In this document: piece by piece, positions 36,932 to 45,629 of the stretch | Numbering within the stretch: the first letter of the stretch is position 1 | Layout: the number at the start of each line of letters is the position of its first letter | From: an uncultured Anaerolineales bacterium | GTDB lineage: Bacteria; Planctomycetota; Phycisphaerae; FEN-1346 | NCBI GenBank assembly: GCA_964539385.1 | Contig: CAZIJC010000007.1 | Location: 1,193 to 65,192 of the forward strand | DNA length: 64,000 bases | Direction of reading: 5' to 3' | Position numbers and translations under genes: made by a program | Notes under the pieces: model-generated | Told to the model about the DNA's origin: nothing | Seen by the model: the letters and a program-made list of their open reading frames with translations, nothing else | Databases searched by the model: none

Positions 36932-37602
36932 AAGTCACGAATGTCAGCGTCAAGTTGTCGCCGCAGAGCGGCGACCGGTTAAAGGCCTTCTGCACGATGA
37001 CGTTGGACGGCGAGTTCGTCGTGCGCGACCTGAAGATCATTGATGGGACGAACGGCCTGTTCGTCGCGATGCCATCCAGAAAACTGACGGACCACTGCCC
37101 AAAGTGCGGCGGAAAGAATCACCTGCGGGCCAAGTTCTGCAACGATTGTGGAGGCCGGCTCCCGGAGAACCGCATGTCGGACGAGGACGTGCAGGGCAAA
37201 CTCCACGCCGACATCGCGCATCCGATCAACTCCGACTGCCGCGCGCGGCTGCAGGACGTGATTCTCGAGGCCTATCGCGAGGAGATGGCCCGGGCGGGAC
37301 GCGGCGAGACGGAGACCGCCCCCGTCGGCGCCGACGTGCCCGAGGCGCCCGCGCCCGAACCGGCGACCGCTGAACCGCCGGCGGACATCAAGCCGGACGT
37401 GGCGGAAGCGCCGCCTCCCGAGCCGCCCGCCGAGGCCGACGCGGCGGAGGCACCGCCTCCCGAACCGCCCGCCGAGGCCGACGCGGCGGAGGCGCCGTCT
37501 CCCGAGCCGCCCGCCGAGGCGCCTGTTGAAGAAGTTCCCGACACCGAGGAAAAGCCCGAAGGCGAAGACAGGGGCCACATCTTCGGAGAGGGCGTCCTGT
37601 AA
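36928..37602 (+). CDS. spoVG: SpoVG-family protein with an inserted zinc ribbon and a Pro/Glu/Ala-rich repeat tail
   Basis: ORF 36835..37602 trimmed to Met32, with ATGA overlap with ispE. MKVTNVSVKL...LKAFCTMTLDGEFVVRDLKIIDGTNGLFVAMPS...DIAHPINSDCR matches SpoVG. Confidence 0.9.
   Translation: MKVTNVSVKLSPQSGDRLKAFCTMTLDGEFVVRDLKIIDGTNGLFVAMPSRKLTDHCPKCGGKNHLRAKFCNDCGGRLPENRMSDEDVQGKLHADIAHPINSDCRARLQDVILEAYREEMARAGRGETETAPVGADVPEAPAPEPATAEPPADIKPDVAEAPPPEPPAEADAAEAPPPEPPAEADAAEAPSPEPPAEAPVEEVPDTEEKPEGEDRGHIFGEGVL
37405..37524 (+). repeat. 42-nt in-frame tandem repeat, about 2.8 copies, inside spoVG (peptide unit EAPPPEPPAEADAA)
   Basis: Units at 37405-37446 and 37447-37488, with a partial unit at 37489-37524. 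Confidence 0.9.
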
Positions 37603-37623
37603 CCGCGCGGCCGCCAATTCCGC

Positions 37624-37652
37624 TGGACTTGTCGCGGTTTGCAGTGTACAGT
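37624..37652 (+). promoter_or_regulatory. candidate promoter for ilvBNC (TGGACT-N17-TACAGT)
   Basis: Hexamers read directly from the sequence. This placement implies an approximately 190-nt 5' UTR before the ilvB ATG at 37847. Confidence 0.35.
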
Positions 37653-37846
37653 AGTGGTGTTGTTCCTGCCCGGACGTTCGGTTTGACGGGCGGCTGAGAT
37701 GGACGGCGACCGGCTGCGGAGGCCGGCGCCGGGACGCGGAGCCACGCCGGCTTCGCGCCCGATGAGGCGGGGCAAGGCCCCGTCTTGTGATGGAACTCGG
37801 GCGGTGCGCCTCACCGGCCATCGTCCACGGATGAAGGAGCCGTCCC

Positions 37847-39520
37847 ATGCCTGATCGCAACGGTGCGCATATCCTCCTGGAAGCCCTGAAGGCCGAAGGT
37901 GTTGACACGGTTTTCGGCGTACCCGGCGGGGCGGTCATTCCCCTTCTCGACGCCTTCTACGATGACACGGACCTGCGGTTCATCCTCATGCGGCACGAGC
38001 AGGGCGCCGGGCATGCGGCCGACGGGTACGCCCGGGCCAGCGGCAAGGTCGGCGTCTGCCTTGCCACCTCCGGTCCCGGGGCCACGAACCTCGTGACGGC
38101 ACTGGCCACCGCGAATTTCGATTCGGTGCCGATGGTGGCCATCACGGGCCAGGTCAAGACGCACCTGATCGGCAACGACGCGTTTCAGGAGGCCGACATC
38201 ACGGGCATCGTTCGCCCCTGCACCAAGCACACGTACCTTGTGAGGGACGTGACCCGGCTGGGCGAGTGTTTGCGAGCGGCGTTTCACATTGCCCGCACCG
38301 GCCGGCCGGGGCCGGTCCTCGTGGACATCCCCGTGGACGTGGCCGTTGCGAAGACCGGTGCGCCGCTTCCGGATAGCGTGGACATTCCCGGCTACAAGCC
38401 CGTCTACAAAGGCAACCGGCGCCAGATCAAACGGGCTGCTCAGGCGATCAACGCGGCCGAGAAACCGCTTCTGTACGTGGGCGGCGGCGTCGTCATCTCG
38501 GAGGCGTCGGACCTGCTGCACGAGATGGCCGTCAAGGGCAACATCCCCGTCACGACCACGCTCATGGCCCTGGGGGCGTTCCCGGAGGACCATCCCCTCT
38601 CGCTCAAGATGCTCGGCATGCACGGGACGGCGTACGCCAACTACGCGGTCCAGGAGGCCGACCTGCTGATAGCCGTGGGGGCGCGCTTCGACGATCGGAT
38701 CACCGGCGACGTGTCGAAGTTCGCCACGAACGCCACAATCCTGCACATCGACATCGACCCGACGTCGATCTCGAAGAACATCCGTGTGGACATCCCGGTC
38801 GTCGGCGACGCCTCCGACATCCTGGCGGGGCTGCTGTCGCTCATGGAGCATCGCGACCGCAAGGCGTGGCTCGAACAGATTCAGGCGTGGAAGACCGAGT
38901 ACCCCCTCGCCTACAAGGGCGACGGTCTGAAGCCCCAGTACGTGGTCGAGCAGATATGCGAGGCATCCGGGGGCGAGGCCATCGTCTGCACCGAGGTCGG
39001 CCAGAACCAGATGTGGGCGGCCCAGTGGTACACGCACACGCGGCCGCGGCACTTCATCTCCTCCGGCGGACTCGGAACCATGGGATACGGCTTCCCGGCC
39101 GCCATCGGCGCGCAGGTTGGCCGGCCCGACGCCATCGTCGTCGACGTGGCCGGCGACGGGTCGATCCAGATGAACATCCAGGAACTCGCCCCGGCGGTCC
39201 ACGAGAAGATCCCCGTCAAGGTCTGTATCCTCAACAACGGGTACCTGGGCATGGTGCGCCAGTGGCAGGAACTGTTCTACGACCGGCGCTACGCCGCAAC
39301 GCAACTGCTGGGGAACCCCGACTTCGTCGCCGTGGCCGAGGCGTACGGGGCCAACGGCGTGCGGGTGACCAGGCCCGAGGAGGTCCGCCCGGCGCTGGAC
39401 AGAGCCTTCGCTGACCGCGAGGTCTGGGTCCTCGATTTCGCCATCGAGCCCGAAGAGAACGTCTTCCCGATGGTCCCCGCCGGCGAAGCCATCGACCGGA
39501 TGATCGGCGGCATGGCGTAA
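37847..39520 (+). CDS. ilvB: acetolactate synthase large subunit
   Basis: 557 aa. ThDP enzyme; GGLGTMGYGFPAAIGA and GDGSIQMNIQEL motifs. Confidence 0.96.
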   Translation: MPDRNGAHILLEALKAEGVDTVFGVPGGAVIPLLDAFYDDTDLRFILMRHEQGAGHAADGYARASGKVGVCLATSGPGATNLVTALATANFDSVPMVAITGQVKTHLIGNDAFQEADITGIVRPCTKHTYLVRDVTRLGECLRAAFHIARTGRPGPVLVDIPVDVAVAKTGAPLPDSVDIPGYKPVYKGNRRQIKRAAQAINAAEKPLLYVGGGVVISEASDLLHEMAVKGNIPVTTTLMALGAFPEDHPLSLKMLGMHGTAYANYAVQEADLLIAVGARFDDRITGDVSKFATNATILHIDIDPTSISKNIRVDIPVVGDASDILAGLLSLMEHRDRKAWLEQIQAWKTEYPLAYKGDGLKPQYVVEQICEASGGEAIVCTEVGQNQMWAAQWYTHTRPRHFISSGGLGTMGYGFPAAIGAQVGRPDAIVVDVAGDGSIQMNIQELAPAVHEKIPVKVCILNNGYLGMVRQWQELFYDRRYAATQLLGNPDFVAVAEAYGANGVRVTRPEEVRPALDRAFADREVWVLDFAIEPEENVFPMVPAGEAIDRMIGGMA

Positions 39521-39621
39521 GAATTGCGGATTTCGGATTGGCGCGGGGGTGCCTTTCCGCTTGCCGCCGGCGAGCGGCAGGGATAGAATCGCGGATTGCC
39601 GGACAGGCGGAGGTTGTTAAT

Positions 39622-40098
39622 ATGCGTCACGTCATTAGTGCTATCGTGGAGAACAAGCCGGGCGTCCTGGCCCACATTGCGGGGCTGTTTGCGGGGCGGG
39701 GATTCAATATCGACAGCCTCGCCGTCGGCGAGACCGAAGACCCCGCGCGCAGCCGCATGACGGTCGTGGCGCGCGGCGACGATGCGGTTCTGGAACAGAT
39801 CCGCAAGCAACTCGGCAAGATCATCGACGTCATCAAGGTGGTGGATTTCTCCGGCGCCGACACCGTCGAGCGCGACCTGATGCTCATCAAAGTGGCCGCC
39901 AGCCCAGACCGCCGCGGCGAGGTCTTCGAGATCGCCGAGGTCTTCCGAGGCAAGGTCGTCGATATCGGGCCGAAACATCTGACGCTCGAGGTCTCGGGCC
40001 CCGAGAAGAAGATCGAGGCCTTCATCGACCTGGTGAAGCCTTACGGGGTCAAGGAACTCGTCCGGACCGGCCGCATCGCCCTGGCCCGCGGAGGGTAG
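39622..40098 (+). CDS. ilvN: acetolactate synthase small (regulatory) subunit
   Basis: ORF 39538..40098 trimmed to Met29, after a GGAGG-like Shine-Dalgarno. ACT domain: MRHVISAIVENKPGVLAHIAGLFAGRGFNIDSL. Confidence 0.95.
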   Translation: MRHVISAIVENKPGVLAHIAGLFAGRGFNIDSLAVGETEDPARSRMTVVARGDDAVLEQIRKQLGKIIDVIKVVDFSGADTVERDLMLIKVAASPDRRGEVFEIAEVFRGKVVDIGPKHLTLEVSGPEKKIEAFIDLVKPYGVKELVRTGRIALARGG

Positions 40099-40133
40099 AG
40101 GCGTCGGCCGAGCCCGCCGCGGGAGCACGTAGG

Positions 40134-40192
40134 CCGGGGCGTGCCCCGGCGCATCGTGCATGTTGCCGGGGCGTGCCCCGTACGGGCCGCGC
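40134..40192. repeat. duplicated CCGGGGCGTGCCCCG hairpin, the second copy fused to a family-2 CCCGTACGGGCCGCGC unit
   Basis: Copies at 40134-40149 and 40166-40192, in the ilvN-ilvC spacer. Confidence 0.75.
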
Positions 40193-40228
40193 TGAGCCTC
40201 TGCAAGGACGCCACGCAAGGAGACAGTC

Positions 40229-41230
40229 ATGGCCAAAGTGTATCACGACGACGATGTTGACATGGAGCCGATCCTTGCCAAGACGGTCGGCATCGTCGGC
40301 TACGGCAGCCAGGGCCACGCCCAGGCGCAGAACCTGCGCGACTCCGGCGTCGGCGTCCTCGTGGCTGAGGTCGAGGGCACCGACAACTACCAACTGGCCG
40401 TCGACCACGGGTTCGAGCCTATGACGGCCGCCGAGGTCACCCGGCAGGCCGACCTTATCCAGATCCTCATCCCCGACGAGATCCAGGGCGGGGTCTACGA
40501 GAAGGAGATCGCCCCGAACCTGGCGGCCGGCAAGGCGCTGGGCTTCAGCCACGGCTTCAACATCCACTTCCGCCAGATCGTGCCGCCCGAGGACGTCGAC
40601 GTGATCATGGTGGCGCCGAAAGGTCCAGGCCACACGGTTCGCGGCGAGTTCGTCGATGGCGGCGGCGTGCCGATGCTGTTTGCCGTCCAGCAGGATGCTT
40701 CCGGCACGGCGCGCGCCGTGGCGATGGCCTACGCCAAGGCCATCGGCGGCGCCCGGGCCGGCATCCTCGAAACCACCTTCGCCGAGGAGACCGAGACCGA
40801 CCTGTTCGGCGAGCAGGTGGTCCTGTGCGGCGGTGTGACGAGCCTCATCAAGGCCGCCTTCGAGACGCTCGTGGCGGCCGGGTACCAGCCGGAACTCGCC
40901 TACTTCGAGGTCATGCACGAACTGAACCTCATCGTGCGGCTGCTTGTCCAGGGCGGCCTGTCGTACATGTGGTACTCGGTGTCGAACACGGCCGAGTACG
41001 GCGGCCTGACGCGCGGCGACGTGCTGATCGATCAGGGAGTACGCGAGCGGATGCAGAAGATCCTCGCGGACATTCAGGACGGCTCGTTCGCCAACGAGTG
41101 GGTCGAGGAGTGCAAGGCGGGCGGCAAGAAGTTCAAGCAACTCGAGGCCACCGAACGCGCCCACCAGGTCGAGACCGTCGGCAGAGAGATCCGGCGCCTG
41201 ATGCCGTTCATCGACGCCAAGGAAGTTTAG
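40229..41230 (+). CDS. ilvC: ketol-acid reductoisomerase
   Basis: GYGSQGHAQAQNLRDSG and a class I KARI core. Confidence 0.97.
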   Translation: MAKVYHDDDVDMEPILAKTVGIVGYGSQGHAQAQNLRDSGVGVLVAEVEGTDNYQLAVDHGFEPMTAAEVTRQADLIQILIPDEIQGGVYEKEIAPNLAAGKALGFSHGFNIHFRQIVPPEDVDVIMVAPKGPGHTVRGEFVDGGGVPMLFAVQQDASGTARAVAMAYAKAIGGARAGILETTFAEETETDLFGEQVVLCGGVTSLIKAAFETLVAAGYQPELAYFEVMHELNLIVRLLVQGGLSYMWYSVSNTAEYGGLTRGDVLIDQGVRERMQKILADIQDGSFANEWVEECKAGGKKFKQLEATERAHQVETVGREIRRLMPFIDAKEV

Positions 41231-41287
41231 TGCCGCAACGCCGCTTCACTCTCTGCGCGATGCCACGGCGCGGACCGCGTGCCGTCG

Positions 41288-41635
41288 TCAGTGTTGACGG
41301 TCGGCCTTGTCCTTCTGAATCCGTGTCAGGGCCTCCGACACGTCTTCGGCGAACACGAAGATGGTGTCGAGGCCGGTGACCAGCAACGCACTCCAGACGC
41401 GGTCCTGCAGCGAGCACAGCAGGAGTTTGCGGCCGGCCACGATCATGCGTTTCCGCAGGCGCAGCAGTTTGGAGATGCCGCTCGATGTCAGGAGCGCGAG
41501 GTCCGAAAAGTCGAGCACAACGTCGCGGTCCGCCTCGTTGAGGCGCACGTTTACCTCGGCCATTTCTTCCGACAGCACCGGATCGTCGGTCAGTTTGACG
41601 ACCAGCGTGTCTTCGTTCCACTGTTGTACGGCCAT
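41288..41635 (-). CDS. STAS-domain protein (anti-sigma-factor-antagonist-like)
   Basis: 3' 115 codons of ORF 41288..42067. LDFSDLALLTSSGISKLLRL is typical of SpoIIAA-type STAS. Confidence 0.85.
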   Translation of the reverse strand: MAVQQWNEDTLVVKLTDDPVLSEEMAEVNVRLNEADRDVVLDFSDLALLTSSGISKLLRLRKRMIVAGRKLLLCSLQDRVWSALLVTGLDTIFVFAEDVSEALTRIQKDKADRQH

Positions 41636-41661
41636 TGGCGTTCCTTCCTGCCGGCCCCCGT

Positions 41662-42642
41662 CTATCGGCAGCGGAGTATTGCCGCGTCCGGCACGCCCGC
41701 CGCCTTGCGCGCCGCTGCCACGTCGTCCAGAAATCGCCAGGCGTCCAGTCCGTAGCCGGCCGTCGGCGCCAGCCCCGGAACGAGCGACTGGAAGTAACCG
41801 TTCAGTTGGCGCATGTGGAGTTCGCGGACGTACTTGGCAGCCATCGACGCCAGGGCCGTGAAGAGACTCCACGTTTCGCACCGTGTGCGGACCGTCAGGT
41901 GCACCGGGCCCGCCGAACCGCCGCCATGAAGGCGGTAGCGGCTGACCGCCCGTGCTTCCTCGAGCGTTTCGACTCGCGTCATCGGAAAGGCGGCGGCCAA
42001 CAGGCCCGCGTAGTATCGCCGCCCGCCGTGGCGGTCCATCGTCACGTGGATGGGTTGGTGCGGCCATCGGGTCCGGAGGTCGGTCAGGATGTCGGCCGTA
42101 AGAGCGAACAGCGCCGAGGCCTTGTTCCGAGTGGTTTGGACCAGGCGATTGAAGCGCGCGGGCGCGGCGACGTTCACGCGCAGTCCGGCCGCAGCAGCGC
42201 CGAGCCTTGCCAGGCCTTCAGCCAGATGCTCGGCCGCCGTCCTGATCTCCTCGGTCTGCGTCGCCGCCGGCAGGGCCAGCCGCTTAGGGCTGTCCCACGG
42301 CCGTGGCGTGGCGCGCCCGGCCTCGTCCGCCCCGGAGGAAACCACCGTCACGGCGAGAAACTCTGCCAGCGACGAAGGTCTGGTATCCATCGCCGCAAGG
42401 AACCCGAGGACGGCCCGTTCGAGGGTCGCGATGTCGCCACCGCCGTACGCCACTTTGGAGTCGCAGATGACGACGCGCGAACTCCTGCCGGACGGCCGCT
42501 TGCGAACGTGCCCGCGCAGGGCTCCCCACAGGTTCGGGTCGCCGGCGGCGTCGCCGGGGAACTTGCCGGCGGCGGCCGCTACCACGAGCGGGCCGAGGTG
42601 CGGACCGTACCCCGCCTCGTCGATTCCGACCAGGATCGCCAT
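41662..42642 (-). CDS. divergent RNase HII-like protein (326 aa)
   Basis: N-terminus MAILVGIDEAGYGPHLGPLVV matches the RNase HII GIDEAGRGP..GP.V motif. ICDSK matches the DSK motif. Contains a long internal/C-terminal region that I cannot assign. Confidence 0.6.
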   Translation of the reverse strand: MAILVGIDEAGYGPHLGPLVVAAAAGKFPGDAAGDPNLWGALRGHVRKRPSGRSSRVVICDSKVAYGGGDIATLERAVLGFLAAMDTRPSSLAEFLAVTVVSSGADEAGRATPRPWDSPKRLALPAATQTEEIRTAAEHLAEGLARLGAAAAGLRVNVAAPARFNRLVQTTRNKASALFALTADILTDLRTRWPHQPIHVTMDRHGGRRYYAGLLAAAFPMTRVETLEEARAVSRYRLHGGGSAGPVHLTVRTRCETWSLFTALASMAAKYVRELHMRQLNGYFQSLVPGLAPTAGYGLDAWRFLDDVAAARKAAGVPDAAILRCR

Positions 42643-42825
42643 GTGGCCTCACCCCTCGCGCTCGACCGGGAACAACTTTCCCCCGGCGGTGCGACTGCCG
42701 ATGATTCTACTGCATTGCGTTCACGTCGGCAAGGCCCGTCCCGGGGCGTGTGGTGCGCCGATTTTCTTCGACACCCGGCCGCCGGTTTGCGAGAATTGCG
42801 CCACGGTCGACGGGAGGAAGGGCTG

Positions 42826-44055
42826 ATGAGCGACTGGCCGTTGCGGCTGATGAGTTTCGGCGGGCTGCTGGTGATGCTTGCCATCGCGTTTGCCTTGAGC
42901 GAGAACCGGCGCCGGATCAGCCTGCGCGTCGTCCTGACGGGCCTCGGGCTGCAACTCGTCCTGGCGGTTGTGATCTTTCTGACGAGAATCGGCAGCGCCT
43001 TGTTCACGGCGACCGACAGGGCCTTTGCGTTCTTCCTGGCGGCCAGCAACGAGGGGGCGGGGTTCCTGTTCGGCCGCCTTACGACGGACTACGGCCTCGG
43101 CGCCGTCGTGGCGTTCCAGGTGCTGCCGATCGTCATCTTCTTCTCGGCCCTGGCGGGCATTCTTCACCACTTCGGCATCACGCAGTTGGTCGTCCGGGCC
43201 ATGGCGCGCCTCATGCAGAAGGTCATGAACATCTCGGGCGCCGAGAGCCTGGCGTCGGCGCTGTTCGTCTTCTTCGGCATCGAGTCCACGACGGCCATTG
43301 GCCACTACATCCGCCGCATGACGCGCTCGGAACTCTTCACCCTTATGACCGCCTTCATGGCCACGATTGCCGGCACGGTCATGGGGGCGTACGTGTCGTT
43401 CGGCGCCTCGCCGGGCCATCTGCTGACGGCCAGCCTGATGAGCGCGCCGGCGGCCATCGTCATCGCCAAGATACTGATTCCGGAGACCGAACAGCCGCTG
43501 ACGCGCGGCCGCGTCCGGTTCGACCCGCCGCGCGACTCGGTCAACGCCATCGACGCCGCCGCAAACGGGGCGGGGCAGGGGCTCAGGCTGGCGGTTACCA
43601 TCGGGGCGATGCTGATCGCCTTCGTCGGGCTCATCCATCTGGTGAACCTGATCCTTGGCGCGGCCTCCGGCCTGTGGCTGGACGAGGCGCTGACGCTCCA
43701 GGGCCTCCTGGGGTGGGCGTTCAGTCCGGTGGCATTCGTCATGGGCGTGCCGTGGGAGGATGCCCACGAGGTTGGCCAACTGCTGGGGACGAAGACGATC
43801 CTGAACGAGTTCCTGGCGTACGAGCAGATGCAGCCGCTGGCCGCGGAGGGGGTTATCGGAAAGCGGTCGGTCACCATCGCGACCTATGCCCTGTGCGGCT
43901 TTGCCAATTTCGGGTCGGTGGCGATCCTGGTAGGCGGCCTGGGGATGATCGACCCGGAGCGCAAAGGGCTGTTTGCGCGGCTGGGGATATGGGCCTTGGT
44001 GTCGGGCACGCTGGCGGCGTTCATGACGGCCTGCTACGCGGGGATGCTGGCGTAG
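42826..44055 (+). CDS. concentrative nucleoside transporter (NupC/CNT family)
   Basis: 3' part of ORF 41635..44055, with the ATG after GGGAGGAAGG. Multi-TM protein with NEGAGFLFG, GAESLASA..F.G and LNEF.AY motifs typical of NupC. Confidence 0.88.
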   Translation: MSDWPLRLMSFGGLLVMLAIAFALSENRRRISLRVVLTGLGLQLVLAVVIFLTRIGSALFTATDRAFAFFLAASNEGAGFLFGRLTTDYGLGAVVAFQVLPIVIFFSALAGILHHFGITQLVVRAMARLMQKVMNISGAESLASALFVFFGIESTTAIGHYIRRMTRSELFTLMTAFMATIAGTVMGAYVSFGASPGHLLTASLMSAPAAIVIAKILIPETEQPLTRGRVRFDPPRDSVNAIDAAANGAGQGLRLAVTIGAMLIAFVGLIHLVNLILGAASGLWLDEALTLQGLLGWAFSPVAFVMGVPWEDAHEVGQLLGTKTILNEFLAYEQMQPLAAEGVIGKRSVTIATYALCGFANFGSVAILVGGLGMIDPERKGLFARLGIWALVSGTLAAFMTACYAGMLA

Positions 44056-44068
44056 GCGTAGATTTGCC

Positions 44069-44096
44069 GCGCGGCGGGTCTCCCGACCCGCCGCGC
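44069..44096. repeat. family-1 REP-like palindrome downstream of the nucleoside transporter gene
   Basis: GCGCGGCGGGTCTCCCGACCCGCCGCGC, nearly identical to the copy at 32887. Confidence 0.8.
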
Positions 44097-44173
44097 CTCA
44101 CTCAGACCAATAACGCGGCGCAGGCGATTGCAGGCTGGCGCCGGTTGCGGTATGTAATGCAGGCCCGGCGTGT

Positions 44174-44260
44174 GCGGGAGTGGCGGAACTGGCAGACGCG
44201 CAAGGTTTAGGTCCTTGTGCCCTTCGGGGCCTGGGGGTTCAAATCCCCCCTCCCGCACCA
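44174..44260 (+). tRNA. tRNA-Leu, anticodon UAG, with encoded CCA
   Basis: Manual fold. Acceptor stem GCGGGAG/CUCCCGC. Anticodon stem CAAGG/CCUUG with loop UUUAGGU. Long variable arm UGCCCUUCGGGGCC. T arm GGGGG-UUCAAAU-CCCCC. 87 nt, co-linear with E. coli tRNA-Leu. Confidence 0.93.
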
Positions 44261-44351
44261 GAAAGCTGCGCGATGTCCGGATTCTTGAGGTGTCGGGGTT
44301 TCCCGAACCGGAGGGAGATGCAAGGTCTGGCCGCTCGGCGTCTCGCTTCCA

Positions 44352-45617
44352 CTACTCGCGCAACTGGCCTTCGCCGGTGACGATCCACTTGTAGGTGGTC
44401 AGGTCGCGGCATCCCATCGGTCCGCGGGCGTGGAGTTTGTCGGTTGAGATGCCCACCTCGGCGCCCAGGCCGTACTCGCCGCCGTCCGAGAAGCGGGTCG
44501 TCGTGTTGATCATCACGCTGGAGGAGTCCACGCCCTGGACGAACCGCCGGATCCGCCGGACGTCTTCCGAGACGATCGCGTCGGTGTGGGCCGACCCGTA
44601 TTGGGCGATGTGGTCGATGGCGTCCTGAACGTGCTCGACGACGCGGACGGCCAGCACGAGGTCCAGGTACTCGGCGTACCAGTCCTCGTCGGTGGCGGAT
44701 TTGGCGTCGGGCCAGATGCGGCGCGTCTCGTCGCAGCCGCGCAACTGGACCCCCGCCTCCGACAGTCGCCGGCAGATGCGCGGCAGGAAACGGGCCGCCA
44801 CGTGTTTGTGGACGAGCATCGTCTCCATGGCGTTACAGACGCCCGGCCGCTGGACCTTCGCGTTGAAACAGATGGCCTCGGCCATGTCGAGGTCGGCCAG
44901 GTCATCGACGTAGACGTGGCAGACGCCCTTGTAGTGCTTGATGACGGGGATGGTGGACCCCTCGGCCACGGCGCGGATGAGTGATTCGCCGCCGCGCGGC
45001 ATGACGACGTCGATGTTCTCGTCTTGGCGGAGGAGGGCGGCCAGCAGGTCGCGGTCGCTGGTTTCGATCATCAGGACGGCGTCGGCCGGCAGGCCCTGGC
45101 CCGCGACGGCTTCCGACAGCAGGCGGTGGATTGCCAGGTTCGAGCGCAGCGCCTCCTTGCCGCCGCGCAGGATGGCCGCGTTGCCGCTCTTCAGGCACAG
45201 CGCCGCCACGTCGCTCGTCACGTTCGGCCGCGACTCGTAGATGGTGAGCACGACGCCGAGCGGCACGCGGACGCGCTCGATGCGCAGGCCGTTCGGACGG
45301 ACGTAGCCTTCGAGAATCTCGCCGACGGGGTCCTGAAGGTCGGCGATCTGGTGCATGCTGCGGGCCATCTTCTCGATCCGCTCGTCGGTCAGTGTCAGTC
45401 GGTCGATCATGGCGGCCGCGAGGCCTGCCTGGTTGGCGGCGGCGAGGTCGGCGGCGTTTTCCTTCCGGATGGTCTCGGCCCCCGCGCGAAGGTTTTCGGC
45501 CATGGCCCGCAGCGCCGCGTTCTTGGCGCCGGCGCCGGCGGCGGCCAGTTGTCTGGCGGCTGTGCGGGCGCGGCGGCCGAGGGTCCGGGCCTGGTGCGAC
45601 CAGTCCTTCCGGGGCAT
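44352..45617 (-). CDS. proA: gamma-glutamyl phosphate reductase
   Basis: 421 aa. Aldehyde-dehydrogenase-like, with VCNAMETMLVH (catalytic Cys) and ST.F.DG.EFG-type motifs. Confidence 0.95.
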   Translation of the reverse strand: MPRKDWSHQARTLGRRARTAARQLAAAGAGAKNAALRAMAENLRAGAETIRKENAADLAAANQAGLAAAMIDRLTLTDERIEKMARSMHQIADLQDPVGEILEGYVRPNGLRIERVRVPLGVVLTIYESRPNVTSDVAALCLKSGNAAILRGGKEALRSNLAIHRLLSEAVAGQGLPADAVLMIETSDRDLLAALLRQDENIDVVMPRGGESLIRAVAEGSTIPVIKHYKGVCHVYVDDLADLDMAEAICFNAKVQRPGVCNAMETMLVHKHVAARFLPRICRRLSEAGVQLRGCDETRRIWPDAKSATDEDWYAEYLDLVLAVRVVEHVQDAIDHIAQYGSAHTDAIVSEDVRRIRRFVQGVDSSSVMINTTTRFSDGGEYGLGAEVGISTDKLHARGPMGCRDLTTYKWIVTGEGQLRE

Positions 45618-45629
45618 GAACGCGCCTCC

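Noticed and set aside
37690-37720. A GGCUGAGAUGG motif upstream of ilvB that resembles the TPP riboswitch CUGAGA core.
   Set aside because: The accompanying ACCUGA and GGGG/ACCC helices of the THI element are absent, and ilvB is not a typical TPP-riboswitch target.
44174-44351. tRNA-Leu as a possible integration hotspot for a genomic island.
   Set aside because: There is no integrase, no direct repeat of the tRNA 3' end, and no compositional shift on either side. The tRNA is followed directly by the core proA-cdaR-cdaA genes.
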